Part shown: piece after piece, positions 12,978 through 23,482 of the stretch
How positions within the stretch are numbered: position 1 is the first letter of the stretch
How the letters are laid out: each line of letters starts with the position of its first letter
Assembly (NCBI GenBank): GCA_977018835.1
Contig: OZ361256.1
Span: 5,704,001-5,768,000 of the forward strand
Length of the DNA stretch: 64,000 bases
Source: Minutocellus sp. GHC0000111
Lineage: Eukaryota
Direction: 5' to 3'
Position numbers and translations under genes: made by a program
The notes under the pieces: model-generated
Seen by the model: the letters and a program-made list of their open reading frames with translations, nothing else
Databases searched by the model: none
What the model was told of the DNA's origin: nothing

Positions 12978-14609
12978 ATGACATCGCCGGATCGCTGCTG
13001 CTACCACCTCGGCATCGACTGCGGCACCCAGGGCCTGTCGGTAGTCCTTTGCGATGGCTCCGTCCCCTCCCATCGCGTCCTGGCCGTGGGCGAGGGGTGT
13101 TACGACATGCTTCACGTCCCACCCACCGCCGATCAATCGCAAGGGCAGATATGCGAGCAGAACCCATCGGATTGGATCGATGCGTTGCGTTCGGCCATGG
13201 TCGATCTGGGCCAAAAGATGTCCTCGTCGTCGTCATCTTCGTGGGAGGACGGGATTGCCTCCGTAGGCATCACGGGCCAGATGCACGGGGAAACGTTGCT
13301 GTCATCCTCCGGCGAGGTCCTCCGTCCGGCACGACTTTGGTGCGATGGTCGCAACGCAGCCGAGGGCGACGAGCTCACGGCGTTGTTTGGAGTCAAGGTC
13401 CCCAAGCGATGCACCACTGCTCGGTTTCTGTGGACCCTGCGGAACCAACCCGACGTGGCCGAGCAGACGCGACACATTACCACGCCTGCCGGATACATTT
13501 CCCATCGATTGACTGGACAGCACCTTCTGGGAGTGGGTGAGGCCTCGGGTATGTTCCCAATATCACAATATACGTTGGATTACGATGGTGATATGATTGC
13601 CAAGTTTGACGCACTGGTGGCAAAGGAATTCGGCAAAAACGCATCAATACTTGATTATCTGCCGATGGTGCGGCTTGCTGGTATGGATGGAGGCACATTG
13701 ATAGCGGAGGGAGCTGCCATACTCGGTCTATCGGACGACTTTGTCAATCGCAATGCCATCCCCGTGGCACCGGCCGAAGGGGATCAGGTGGCCGCCCTCG
13801 CCGGATCGCTCATTGCCGATCCCGGGCAGGTATCCTGCTCCTTTGGTACTTCGGTCTGCGCCAACAGCGTCGGCGATCGACCATTCCAGGGTGTATCAGC
13901 GGCCGTGGACCATTTCTGTGCCGCCGATGGGCGACCGATTAACATGGTCTGGCTGGTGAACGGAACAACCTTTATGAACACCACCGTCGAGATGTTTGGG
14001 AGTACTACTGGCATGTCACGGTCGGATTCTTTTGCAGCCATTATGCCCAAGGTATTAGAAGCACCGCCAGATTGTGGAGGATTGTTGGCTCTGCCCTTTA
14101 TGCACGACGAGCCTGGACTGAACGTGACCAAGGCTGGATCGTCCGGTTTGTATGGTTTGAACGCCACCAACGCCACCGCTGGGAATGCCGCCAAGGCGGC
14201 ACTGCTCAGCGTCATTTTCAACCTCCAACTGGGCAGTGACGTCCTCACGGATCAAGGCTATCCCCGAACCGAGCTAATTCTCAGTGGAGGAGTAACGAAG
14301 ACTCCCGAGCTTGGTCAACTGTTGGCGGATGTTTTCAATGCCAAGGTCACCTTGTTTGATTCTGCCGAAGAGGGGACGGCTTGGGGAGCAGCGTTGATGG
14401 GGGCATATCGTCATTCTGTGTTGCAATCGAATAGTAATGGTGCTGGTGGTAACGATGGGCATGAAAGCTGGAGCGACTATCTGGCAAAGGTGGATAAGGG
14501 CGAGGCCAACGTCCAATATCTGCCCGATTTGATACGGCACGAGGCTTACAACGAAGTTTACGAGCGATACAAGCAACTGGTGAAAGACGTTGTAACTCAA
14601 TCTACTTAA
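12978..14609 (+). CDS. FGGY-family carbohydrate kinase (xylulokinase-like)
   Basis: LGIDCGTQG, EQNPSDW, GITGQMHG, RPARLWCD, GDQ, SFGTS, LSGG and EGTAWGAA motifs; single exon. Confidence 0.85.
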   Translation: MTSPDRCCYHLGIDCGTQGLSVVLCDGSVPSHRVLAVGEGCYDMLHVPPTADQSQGQICEQNPSDWIDALRSAMVDLGQKMSSSSSSSWEDGIASVGITGQMHGETLLSSSGEVLRPARLWCDGRNAAEGDELTALFGVKVPKRCTTARFLWTLRNQPDVAEQTRHITTPAGYISHRLTGQHLLGVGEASGMFPISQYTLDYDGDMIAKFDALVAKEFGKNASILDYLPMVRLAGMDGGTLIAEGAAILGLSDDFVNRNAIPVAPAEGDQVAALAGSLIADPGQVSCSFGTSVCANSVGDRPFQGVSAAVDHFCAADGRPINMVWLVNGTTFMNTTVEMFGSTTGMSRSDSFAAIMPKVLEAPPDCGGLLALPFMHDEPGLNVTKAGSSGLYGLNATNATAGNAAKAALLSVIFNLQLGSDVLTDQGYPRTELILSGGVTKTPELGQLLADVFNAKVTLFDSAEEGTAWGAALMGAYRHSVLQSNSNGAGGNDGHESWSDYLAKVDKGEANVQYLPDLIRHEAYNEVYERYKQLVKDVVTQST

Positions 14610-14847
14610 AAATGGAAGAAAAAAAAACGGCCACACCGATTATTATATGTATTCTCATGTACTTCAGCTTGCGAACGAGTGTTGTGCTTGCACATGCTGT
14701 ATGCCACAATCTCCTTGCGATCCATACGCAATGCGTTGCAGTATACCCGCGTCAACTGATCTATGCTCCTCTGCCCGCCTTTTCCTGGCACTTTTGACTT
14801 CCATGCACAACCAATTCCCAAACTACCGCTACTACCGGTTCTTGCAG

Positions 14848-15348
14848 CTATATTCCATACTTGATCTTCATGGTCAGCAACCCCTGCTGTCCCAGCAATA
14901 TCTCATTGAAGAAGGTGAACACCCCCAGCCACACAATGGGAGTGATGTCCACCCCAAAGGCCGGGGGGACGGCACCGCGGATCAGCTTGAGCAAGGGTTC
15001 GGTCGGCCATACCGCCAACGCGAAGGGGAATTCGTTGAGGTTGGTCGTCGGGTACCACGAGATGACCACCCGGCACAACATGGCAAATGAAAATATGTTG
15101 AGGAACGGCCCGAGGACGTTGGCCAGGGGTTGGACCCAGGGTTCGGTCTCGGAGAGGAGGAGGGTGGCCGACTGGACGGCGTCGACGGCGTAAGCGGTGG
15201 TGTTCACGTCGGCGACGGGGAGGACATTCAGGCTGCTGATGGTGGAGATGGCGGCAGCAGGGACGGCGGATGTGGGAGGGACAAAGGCAGCGCATCCTGG
15301 CATGGCGACGGCAAGGGCCGCTGATAGAAGTAATAACTTGGAGGGCAT
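14848..15348 (-). CDS. CCB3: YggT-family thylakoid protein CCB3 (cytochrome b6 heme ci assembly), plastid-targeted
   Basis: RVVISWYP...PF...WPTEPLL..IR..VPP.FGVDITPIVW...EILLGQQGLL is the CCB3-type YggT pattern. The signal peptide ends in CAA-FVPP, an ASAF-like bipartite plastid motif. Confidence 0.8.
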   Translation of the reverse strand: MPSKLLLLSAALAVAMPGCAAFVPPTSAVPAAAISTISSLNVLPVADVNTTAYAVDAVQSATLLLSETEPWVQPLANVLGPFLNIFSFAMLCRVVISWYPTTNLNEFPFALAVWPTEPLLKLIRGAVPPAFGVDITPIVWLGVFTFFNEILLGQQGLLTMKIKYGI

Positions 15349-15609
15349 GGTTTAACACCGGTGTTAATATGTATTCGAGGCGCAAATGTGTGTAAACGTG
15401 TGATTGTTGTTGTTGTAATATGTATTCGAGGCGGCCGAAAAATGTGTGCGTCATCGTTGTTGGATGGCCACTTCGGCGAAGTTCGGCGCTATTTTGCATT
15501 TTGTTGACGGTGGTCCGCCGCTCGATCAACAAAAATCTGCTCCTCGAGAGGCCGGCCGAGGCAGGAGGTACAAGTAGTCTGCCGCTCCCACCATTCCCTC
15601 CGTCCCACG

Positions 15610-18600
15610 ATGCCAACCCGAATCGAGGTGCCTCTCGAGGCCTCTGCTTCAGCGGCCAGTGCTGCTGGCGATCAGATCGGCGGCGGCGGCGGAGGAAATG
15701 GCAACAAGAGACGCCGTCGGGGCGGAGAGAAATCCAAAAAGGCAAACAACCGCACCGATGGATCTTCGGCACCCGAATCCTTGGAGCAAAAGGTGGCCCG
15801 GTCCATCGGCGGGAGGTCGGGATACGGGGGTCTGGAGGAGCTGATAGGTGGTGGTACAGGTGGTGGAGGCAGGACGGGGCGGAGGCGTCGGCAGAAGAAG
15901 GGCGCAGCATCGGCCGACGACCAGAATCATCAGAACGACGCAGCCGCAGCAGCAGCAGCTCTGGCCAACCGCAGGAGGGTCTTCCAGACGCCAGCTCCGG
16001 CTGGATCGGCAGCAGAAGCTGCAAATGCGAACGGTACTGCAACGCGCAACCCGTACCTCAACAATGGGAATACCAGCGCCAGCGCCACCAGCGCCAGCGC
16101 CACCAGCAACCACCGTCGGTCCACGGCCGCCGCCTCCGTCAACTCCGCAGCCGCCTTCACCTCCTTCAATACCCCCGCCTCGGCAACCCGCACTCAGCAC
16201 ACCACCCACGCCATCAGCCACGTCGTCTGCGCCGTGTCCGAAAATCTGGCCCGAGAGACCTGCGTCGCCTCGTTCGATGCCGGGGCCCCCGTATCGATGC
16301 AGGTGACCAAGCAGGCCAACGGCCAGACCTATGCCGAAACCCTGGCGTATTTGGAGGTGCTGCAGCCCGACGAGGTGTTGCTCAACGAGGGCCGGAGGAA
16401 TTCGCAGCTGGCCCAAAAGATTGGGGCGCTGTACAGCAATACTGGTAGCACTGCCAATAGTGGTGGTTCGGATGATACGACCATTGGTAGCAGTGGGAGC
16501 ACCGTCAATCCACTGGTGATGGAACGGGGCCGACGGTCCAGGGCCCAGATCGAGGGGCGGAGGAATCGCACCCTGGCCAAGAGTCGGAGGCAGTTTGGGG
16601 GTGCTTGGCGTGGACACGGAGCCAACAATTGCGGAGATGATGAAACACTGAATGATGATGAGGAGGAGGAGGAGGAGGAGGACGGTACCTACAACGACAA
16701 CGACGACCTGTTCCGTAACGGTGATGATGGCGGCTCCACCATCGTCAACACCCTGGACGGAGGCGGCGGCGGTGGTGCCTGCCGTACCAATACGGTGGTC
16801 AAGTTCGTGCCCCGGGCCTACTTCGACCAAACCCGCGGTGCCGACCTCCTCCGCCGCGTGGCCCGGGAGGGCACGTACGACGCCACCGTCGTGGAGGAGT
16901 ACATCCTCCTATCGGCCGCGTACGCCGTGATGCAGTACTCGCAGCACTGTCTGGGTGCCGGCTTCTGCCGCAATACGTTGGATCTGGTGGTCAATTCCGG
17001 GGGGAACGATCGCATGACGATCGATCGGTCGACGTTGCTGAATTTGGAGCTGCTTTCCAACGCCCGGACTGGCAAGGCGGCCCATTCCCTCATTGGGACC
17101 ATCGATTGTACCAAGACCAGCGTCGGGGCGCGGCTGCTCAGGACCAACATTATGGCCCCGCCCATTCGGGTGGATACCATCAATGCCAGGTTGAATCTGG
17201 TCGATACATTTTTGGAGGACGAAGAATTCTTCTACGTGACCATGGAACATCTGCAGGCCCTGCCCGATATCGATAGGATGCTCACGCACATGGCCCTCAA
17301 GCCCAAGGTTGCCGGTGCTGGTGGAGGCCAGGGCGGTAGCAACGCCGCGCTGTTTGGGAACGGAGAGCAGAAGCAGGCCCAGGCGCGGATGGCCAGTCGA
17401 GGCATTGCCGTCCTGGTTTGTATCAAGAGCACTCTCGGTGTGATCCCCACCTTCGCCAAGGCCCTGGACACGCAGCTCAAGGAGTTGGATCGGCGGGATC
17501 GGCGACGGAAGAAGCAGAGTGGGATTGGAATTGTGGGCGACCTTCAGCAAGGTGCTGTCGATGGAAAGGAAATGGACGATGAGGAGAGCAGCGATGACGA
17601 AGATCATGGGCGTACGTTTGCCACCGAACGGAGCTCGCTGCTCATTGGTCTGGGCGGTGACCCGGGAAATCCCATTCAGATGAGCGGCCAGGCTGCGCGT
17701 CACCAGCTTCTTCGGGCCATCCTCCTCGCGATGAAGCAGCCCGCCTTGAAGGAGATTTACGACGCCATTTTGGATATCTTTACTGAATCTACAACCTACA
17801 CCCGTAATTCTCATGCAATGAGACACCAGGAGTGCTTCGCTCTCAAGCCCAATACGGACGGTATGATGGACGTCTATCGCAAGGCCTTCCTTGCCAACGT
17901 CGATGACATTTATAGGCTCGCGGATGAGTACGCCGAGCAATATGGCTTCACGGTGGCGGTGAAGGAGACGACGGCTAGGGGCTACTTCCTTAGTATTCCT
18001 GCCGATGTGGCCGATGATATCCCTGCGGTCTTTATTCAGCCAGTCAAATCTGGTCGATTCGTTCACTGCACAAGCGAGGAGGTCCTCTCGCTCAATGCCA
18101 GAGCCCAAGAGAACGTTCAAGATCTGCTGCTCATGACCAATGAGCGCATCCAGGAGGTTCTGTCCTTTGCTCGAGAGAGGTACGACGCCCTCGCATCTTT
18201 GTCGGATGCCATTGCACTGTTGGATGTTTGCCACTGTTTTGCAGACAACGTTGCGTCGAGCCGTCTACCCTGGAGTCGGCCCAAAGTCACCGATTGTGGT
18301 AGCGGCGGAAGTACCAAGGACCATCAACACCCCATCAATGGAGTCGGTGGAAGCGGCGCCATCGCCATCCGCAACGGCCGATACGCCATTGACGTAAGTG
18401 GCACCGGCGTCATGCTTCACGATGGTCCGGCGGGAAGCGACTTTGTTCCTAACGACACGTACGCATCTGCCTTCAAGAACTTTACCGTCATAACTGGGGT
18501 GAACGGATCAGGTAAAAGCACATACTTGAAGCAGATTGCCATCATCGTCATCTTGGCCCACTGTGGCAGCTACGTTCCGGCTGAGGAGGCATTTATTCCA

Positions 18601-19830
18601 ATTCGAGACCGTCTTTGCACAAGGATAGGTACCTCTGATGACCAGGAGCACAACATCTCGACGTTCATGCTCGAAATGAAGGAGACTGCCTTCATCTGCA
18701 ACAATGCTACCAACCGGTCCCTCATTCTGATTGATGAGCTCGGAAGAGCTACGAGCAATGAGGATGGGGTTGCTATCGCCTGGGCGGTATCTGAATTTCT
18801 TCTTGTTAAGAGGGCTATGACATTCTTTGTTACACACTACCCTCAACTTTCCAAGCTTGCAGGTGTGTATACCAACGTCCAGAATCAGCACCTCGGTGCT
18901 TCGGTACCGACTGGCGGCCGTGGTGATGTCAAGTACAGCCACAAGATTCAGCCCGGCCCGTGCAAGATGGCATCTGACTACGGCGTGGAGATGGCGGCAA
19001 CGTGCGGTTGGCCCGCTGATGTCGTCGCTGATGCGCGCAAGGTGAGAGCCGAGGTGGAAGAGAAACTTCCAGACGGTGCTCTGGTCGAGGATGAGATTGG
19101 CAAGGATCGTCAACAGAATGTCCGGCGCAAGGCAGAGGACATTCTATCCAAGCTCGCCATTCGCCTTGTAGCCCTGAAAGAGTCGGATGGCCGACTTTCA
19201 GTCGAGGCCAAGAGCTCATATCTGCAAGAAGTGAGAGCATTGGTGTCGTCTCAGCAGGATCAAGAGCTGGTCGAAATGGTCAAGAAGCTCTTGTCGGAGG
19301 ATGAAGATTCCAGGGATCTTTCTCCTCTTCCCCTGGGCAGGATCAAAGGGAAACCGCCGAAAGAAAATTGGAATGAGGTCAAGTCTACAGTCGAAAAGGA
19401 GAATATCTCGCCTGATGACGGTGGCATGGAGAGCGAGTCGAAAGGTGCCGTTGATATCGACGATCTCGAAAAATCATCCCATCCACCCCTTTCCGAGACG
19501 AGCGTTGGTCGGCTGGTCGATAAGGTTCCTGATGCGAAACTTGAGAGCAACGCCAAGATTGTTGACGGCGGTAGCATCAGCTCGTCTTCTTCTAGCGACA
19601 GTTTGAGTGGTACCAGCCGCTTGGACACTCCCAAGCCCATCGATGTGACGAAGATGAAGGCCCCAACGCTAGAAAGGAAAGCTGACTCTCTGAGCGCTTC
19701 CAGTTCCAGTTCAAGCAGCAGTAGCAGTAGCAGTAGCAGCGACGATGCATCGTCTTCATCAGATGACGTTTCTACCAGTAGCACGAGTAGTAGCTCGAGC
19801 AGCTCGAGCGATTCCGTGTCATGGGCGTAG
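15610..19830 (+). CDS. MSH4: MutS homologue, meiotic MSH4 type
   Basis: No mismatch-binding domain I recognised. IDRSTLLNLEL, GARLLRTNI, Walker A TGVNGSGKSTYLKQIA, STFMLEMKE, LILIDELGRATS, FVTHY, YGVEMA. Intronless ORF with a Ser-rich tail. Confidence 0.8.
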   Translation: MPTRIEVPLEASASAASAAGDQIGGGGGGNGNKRRRRGGEKSKKANNRTDGSSAPESLEQKVARSIGGRSGYGGLEELIGGGTGGGGRTGRRRRQKKGAASADDQNHQNDAAAAAAALANRRRVFQTPAPAGSAAEAANANGTATRNPYLNNGNTSASATSASATSNHRRSTAAASVNSAAAFTSFNTPASATRTQHTTHAISHVVCAVSENLARETCVASFDAGAPVSMQVTKQANGQTYAETLAYLEVLQPDEVLLNEGRRNSQLAQKIGALYSNTGSTANSGGSDDTTIGSSGSTVNPLVMERGRRSRAQIEGRRNRTLAKSRRQFGGAWRGHGANNCGDDETLNDDEEEEEEEDGTYNDNDDLFRNGDDGGSTIVNTLDGGGGGGACRTNTVVKFVPRAYFDQTRGADLLRRVAREGTYDATVVEEYILLSAAYAVMQYSQHCLGAGFCRNTLDLVVNSGGNDRMTIDRSTLLNLELLSNARTGKAAHSLIGTIDCTKTSVGARLLRTNIMAPPIRVDTINARLNLVDTFLEDEEFFYVTMEHLQALPDIDRMLTHMALKPKVAGAGGGQGGSNAALFGNGEQKQAQARMASRGIAVLVCIKSTLGVIPTFAKALDTQLKELDRRDRRRKKQSGIGIVGDLQQGAVDGKEMDDEESSDDEDHGRTFATERSSLLIGLGGDPGNPIQMSGQAARHQLLRAILLAMKQPALKEIYDAILDIFTESTTYTRNSHAMRHQECFALKPNTDGMMDVYRKAFLANVDDIYRLADEYAEQYGFTVAVKETTARGYFLSIPADVADDIPAVFIQPVKSGRFVHCTSEEVLSLNARAQENVQDLLLMTNERIQEVLSFARERYDALASLSDAIALLDVCHCFADNVASSRLPWSRPKVTDCGSGGSTKDHQHPINGVGGSGAIAIRNGRYAIDVSGTGVMLHDGPAGSDFVPNDTYASAFKNFTVITGVNGSGKSTYLKQIAIIVILAHCGSYVPAEEAFIPIRDRLCTRIGTSDDQEHNISTFMLEMKETAFICNNATNRSLILIDELGRATSNEDGVAIAWAVSEFLLVKRAMTFFVTHYPQLSKLAGVYTNVQNQHLGASVPTGGRGDVKYSHKIQPGPCKMASDYGVEMAATCGWPADVVADARKVRAEVEEKLPDGALVEDEIGKDRQQNVRRKAEDILSKLAIRLVALKESDGRLSVEAKSSYLQEVRALVSSQQDQELVEMVKKLLSEDEDSRDLSPLPLGRIKGKPPKENWNEVKSTVEKENISPDDGGMESESKGAVDIDDLEKSSHPPLSETSVGRLVDKVPDAKLESNAKIVDGGSISSSSSSDSLSGTSRLDTPKPIDVTKMKAPTLERKADSLSASSSSSSSSSSSSSSDDASSSSDDVSTSSTSSSSSSSSDSVSWA

Positions 19831-20014
19831 CTTTACTTTCTTGTCCTAAAGATATACATTCGTAAAGATGGTGGGCGTATCAACTTGGCGTTGAAACGCC
19901 CACCAGAGGCTCACATGACGCTCGAGGCCTCGTACCGTGCACCAACATTCAAAATAGCAGTATATCATAGTTAGATACAACCCCATACTATATTCTGTTT
20001 CTTGGATTAGTTGA

Positions 20015-20971
20015 TTATTCCCATCCCTTCAAGCAATCCTCTACAACGGAGGACACACTCGGCGATAGTAAGCCGGTGATCGCATACGATACAGCAAACT
20101 CAACAGCCTTTATCGGTAGCCCCCGGAATATTCCCCTTCCCTCTTTCCGTATAATGTGAACGGCATGTCTAAATACACCAAGCAATGGCACTTTGCCTTC
20201 AGGAGGCATGGCGTAGGTTCTCTTCACTGACACGTCAAATGCGTAGTCAACAGTAACTGCACATATTGCAGCTACTCCATATGCAAAGCTATTTCCCAAG
20301 CTCGCTAGGTTGCACAGTACATTGTTTCCAATATCTTTTCTTTTTCCATGGTGATGATGATGTTGTTTCATTTCACGCACTGATAGCATCCAAACCTCAA
20401 TCAAATTCTTGGTCCCAAAGAAGGTGCTATCAAATATTGCATTGCGTATACCTGCCGCGTGAAATCGACGCCAAAGGCAAGTCAATCCACCAGTGACACC
20501 ATGATTCAGTTTCGCTTGTTGCATCAATCCAACCAACCCCTTCCCAGCAGCGGGACTTACAACTCGCTGACTCACAAGAACTTTTTGCCATTCAAATGGT
20601 GACGCTAGGAATCCAGTGATGTATCCTGATACAGCACTCCCTACAAATGCTGCCGATGTGGGATCGAAGCCAAGTCGAGTCTCAAATGCTTGTACCGACC
20701 AGGCTGAAACAAGGAACATGGGTGTGCGTGTGACGATCTTTTGCTTTACGGCTGGAATTGATCCGGCAAAGAAGTTGGATACTGATGGTCTGCCGCGTTT
20801 TCCAACACCACTCTCTCCATTGTAAATTCTATTGACGGCCCTACGAAGCGAATCACCCGTCACTTGCTGTCGTATCTTGGCGACGTCGAATCCTTGTGCC
20901 GCCAGCGTTCCAGGGACGGCGCCGATGCCTCCGATGCACCCAGCCTCGAGGCACTTGCCGTAGTCAATCAT
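20015..20971 (-). CDS. Mitochondrial carrier (SLC25)-like protein
   Basis: Three repeats with degenerate Px[DE]xxK signatures (GFDVAKIRQQ, SPFEWQKV, YAFDVSVKR) and FRG/FAG linker motifs; 318 aa. Confidence 0.7.
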   Translation of the reverse strand: MIDYGKCLEAGCIGGIGAVPGTLAAQGFDVAKIRQQVTGDSLRRAVNRIYNGESGVGKRGRPSVSNFFAGSIPAVKQKIVTRTPMFLVSAWSVQAFETRLGFDPTSAAFVGSAVSGYITGFLASPFEWQKVLVSQRVVSPAAGKGLVGLMQQAKLNHGVTGGLTCLWRRFHAAGIRNAIFDSTFFGTKNLIEVWMLSVREMKQHHHHHGKRKDIGNNVLCNLASLGNSFAYGVAAICAVTVDYAFDVSVKRTYAMPPEGKVPLLGVFRHAVHIIRKEGRGIFRGLPIKAVEFAVSYAITGLLSPSVSSVVEDCLKGWE

Positions 20972-21016
20972 GTTCTCATCTCCGTATCTTTTGCTGGCGG
21001 CAGATCTTTCAGCAGC

Positions 21017-23389
21017 ATGGAACCGACGGCCAGACCAAATCTCCGGGCTGCGGCTTTGCTCAGCAATTCATCTCATTCTGGCTCTGCTGCACCACATGCC
21101 ACATGCCGCTCCGTCGTGACGACCAGCGGCGCAAGTAGTTCGGCTCCTCTGTATGCCGCAACTTCGGCCATGCCGACAAGCGCAAGTGCGAATGGCCCGG
21201 AAACGCCTCCAGCGGATCTGACCGCAGTAATCTCGGCCTCTGGCGCTCATCTCCTCTCTTACCTACCTCTCGGTTCCCTGCTGACCGGCCACCAATCCCC
21301 AACTCTCGTCTCGACGGCATTTTACGACGCCGTTTATCATGCTCTCGGTACGCAGTTCACCACCCTCAGCTTCTCGGGCTGTCCCCACCTGCGCAAGGTT
21401 GATGATGAGGCGCTTATCAAAATCATTCGCAACATCATTGAGATTAGTCAGGCGCATCATCCGGAGTACAACAGGCCCGTCGAGCGGAGGCGTGGTCATG
21501 TCTGTGAACATACCATAACGTGTCCGTGTCCGATTAATGGCATCGTGTACCTGGATTTGAGTCGGTGTCGATCCATCAAGGGAGAAGGCGTTCACTTTGC
21601 CCTGAAGCATCTGCCGAATGTTCGTCGAATTTCCCTCTCTGGCGCCAAGAGGTTAGATTGGCTCACGCACTTTGTGTCCGAGAGGGTTATTCCTGACTGC
21701 TACAACAAAGTCCAGGTACACAAACTCGAGGCGGTGGATATATCTGCGTGCCCAAAGATTGATGATTTGGGCGTTCGGTCGTTTCTGGGTGCGGTAAAAG
21801 GGCATCGGATTAGAGTTCTCGACTTGTCAGGCTGCTCAACCAAGACATCGGATGAAATTGCAGGGCCCATAAGCGCCTACTGCCGAAATCTAGAGTCCAT
21901 TTCTCTGGCGGGTATGAAGAAAATCACCGCCTATGGAGTTGGACTAATTGCGTACTGCTGCCGGGACACGCTGCGGAGTCTCAATATACGCCATTGTTCA
22001 AAGGTTCATCTAATGGAATTGCTGTGGAGACGGGTCCAACACATGGCGACGCTACTCACCAATTCTGGTGACCAACAAGAGGGCAATCTCCCTCCGGAGG
22101 CAATTTACCCGCCGGCATACGCAGGAGACATTTCCAATGCAGGTTGGGCGTATGCAACATTTAGAGCGATGTACTCTTTGTCCATAAATCAGGTGTTGCA
22201 ACTCCACCAAGGTGACGCTTGGCTCGAACGAGTTTCTCAAATCTACGAAGAGCATTTCTTAGAATTCGAAGAGCAGAATCACATGAACAGAAACAGCATC
22301 TCAAACATCAACAACATGTTTGGTAAGCTCGAGCACCTAGATATCGGCCACATCGGAAAGAAGGGCTATATCATTTCAGGTTGTCTCGCTGCTATAGCTT
22401 GGCTGAATGGAGGGCGCATTCGGGAGCTCAACATAGCCGGCCTGGATTTTCTGACCACCGCAGAGCTCAACATGCTTGTCATGTGCTCCGCAGAACGATT
22501 GCAGGTGCTCGAGATGCCAGTTTCCCTAATGAGGGCCCATCGTCGCGCTGGGATGGATTCACTGAACCTATCACACGCAAAGATCTTTTCATCTTATGTT
22601 CCACCTAGGATCACAGAGCTAGATATGTCGTATCTGGCTGCTTCAGTAGTACCTCGCGACGGCACCGCGCTGTCCTTTTTGAGCAACCTGCAACATTGTC
22701 GCGTCTTGAAATTAGATTTTCTCCCAGTAAGGGAAGCTCATCTACCTCAAATTCCGGGTCTCATGAAACTAAGCCTCCAGGGCTGCACCCAACTCACATA
22801 CAATTTGATCTACGATCACCTTCGGGCACATCATAAAGATGGCATGATGCTGGAGCTTGACATCCGAGAAATTCCGAATGAGTGCAACTTAGCTTCGGCG
22901 AGTTTTAGCGGGTTGCTTCCAAGGCTCCTAATGTTGAACAATCGACGAACGAAATTAGGCACTGCTATGAAGGATGAACATGCACAGATACAGAAATGGC
23001 GCACTGGGGCGAAAATAAGACCGACAAAATCACGCAAGCGCAAGGCCGCTGTTGCCGCCGAACAAGAAGATGAGGCCATGGGCGCCCAACTGGCTGAAGT
23101 TGCAGTGTCTGGGACATCTCTGCAAGGCAGTTCGGATGCACCCCGAAGCAAGACCCGCTGTTCTCTCCTACGAACTGGATTTAGAAAAGATCGGGACACC
23201 GAGCAAGAAATGTTTGCTTGCCGATCCTGTAAGATTGATTTTGTGCGTTTCGTTTGCTACGACTGTGCCAAGAAATGTCACAATCAGCATGATGTTGTAT
23301 CGATTGGCTTCGGAGCTGGATATTGTGATTGCTCTATATTGTCGCAATGCTCTTGTCTCGAAATACAGCAGGAGGATCAAGGAGATTAA
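21017..23389 (+). CDS. Leucine-rich-repeat (cysteine-containing, FBXL/AMN1-like) protein with C-terminal UBR-type zinc finger
   Basis: LRR units LSFSGCPHL, LDLSRCRSI, VDISACPKI, LDLSGCS, LNIRHCSKV. C-terminal QEMFACRSC...VCYDCAKKCHNQHDV...GYCDC is UBR-box-like. Start at 21017 is uncertain (alternative ATG near 21170). Confidence 0.7.
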   Translation: MEPTARPNLRAAALLSNSSHSGSAAPHATCRSVVTTSGASSSAPLYAATSAMPTSASANGPETPPADLTAVISASGAHLLSYLPLGSLLTGHQSPTLVSTAFYDAVYHALGTQFTTLSFSGCPHLRKVDDEALIKIIRNIIEISQAHHPEYNRPVERRRGHVCEHTITCPCPINGIVYLDLSRCRSIKGEGVHFALKHLPNVRRISLSGAKRLDWLTHFVSERVIPDCYNKVQVHKLEAVDISACPKIDDLGVRSFLGAVKGHRIRVLDLSGCSTKTSDEIAGPISAYCRNLESISLAGMKKITAYGVGLIAYCCRDTLRSLNIRHCSKVHLMELLWRRVQHMATLLTNSGDQQEGNLPPEAIYPPAYAGDISNAGWAYATFRAMYSLSINQVLQLHQGDAWLERVSQIYEEHFLEFEEQNHMNRNSISNINNMFGKLEHLDIGHIGKKGYIISGCLAAIAWLNGGRIRELNIAGLDFLTTAELNMLVMCSAERLQVLEMPVSLMRAHRRAGMDSLNLSHAKIFSSYVPPRITELDMSYLAASVVPRDGTALSFLSNLQHCRVLKLDFLPVREAHLPQIPGLMKLSLQGCTQLTYNLIYDHLRAHHKDGMMLELDIREIPNECNLASASFSGLLPRLLMLNNRRTKLGTAMKDEHAQIQKWRTGAKIRPTKSRKRKAAVAAEQEDEAMGAQLAEVAVSGTSLQGSSDAPRSKTRCSLLRTGFRKDRDTEQEMFACRSCKIDFVRFVCYDCAKKCHNQHDVVSIGFGAGYCDCSILSQCSCLEIQQEDQGD

Positions 23390-23482
23390 TGGCCGAGGCT
23401 ACTACATTTTAAAGTAGATTGATTGATAAAGTTAAAGTCATATCTTATGTGGAAGTATTATACGATGCAATGGTACTTCGTT

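Noticed and set aside
14903..18234. Long antisense or alternate-frame ORFs (e.g. 14903-16042, 15649-16830, 16909-18234; also 34507-35625 and 62270-63736)
   Set aside because: They are shadows of GC-rich coding sequence on the opposite strand and contain no recognisable domains.
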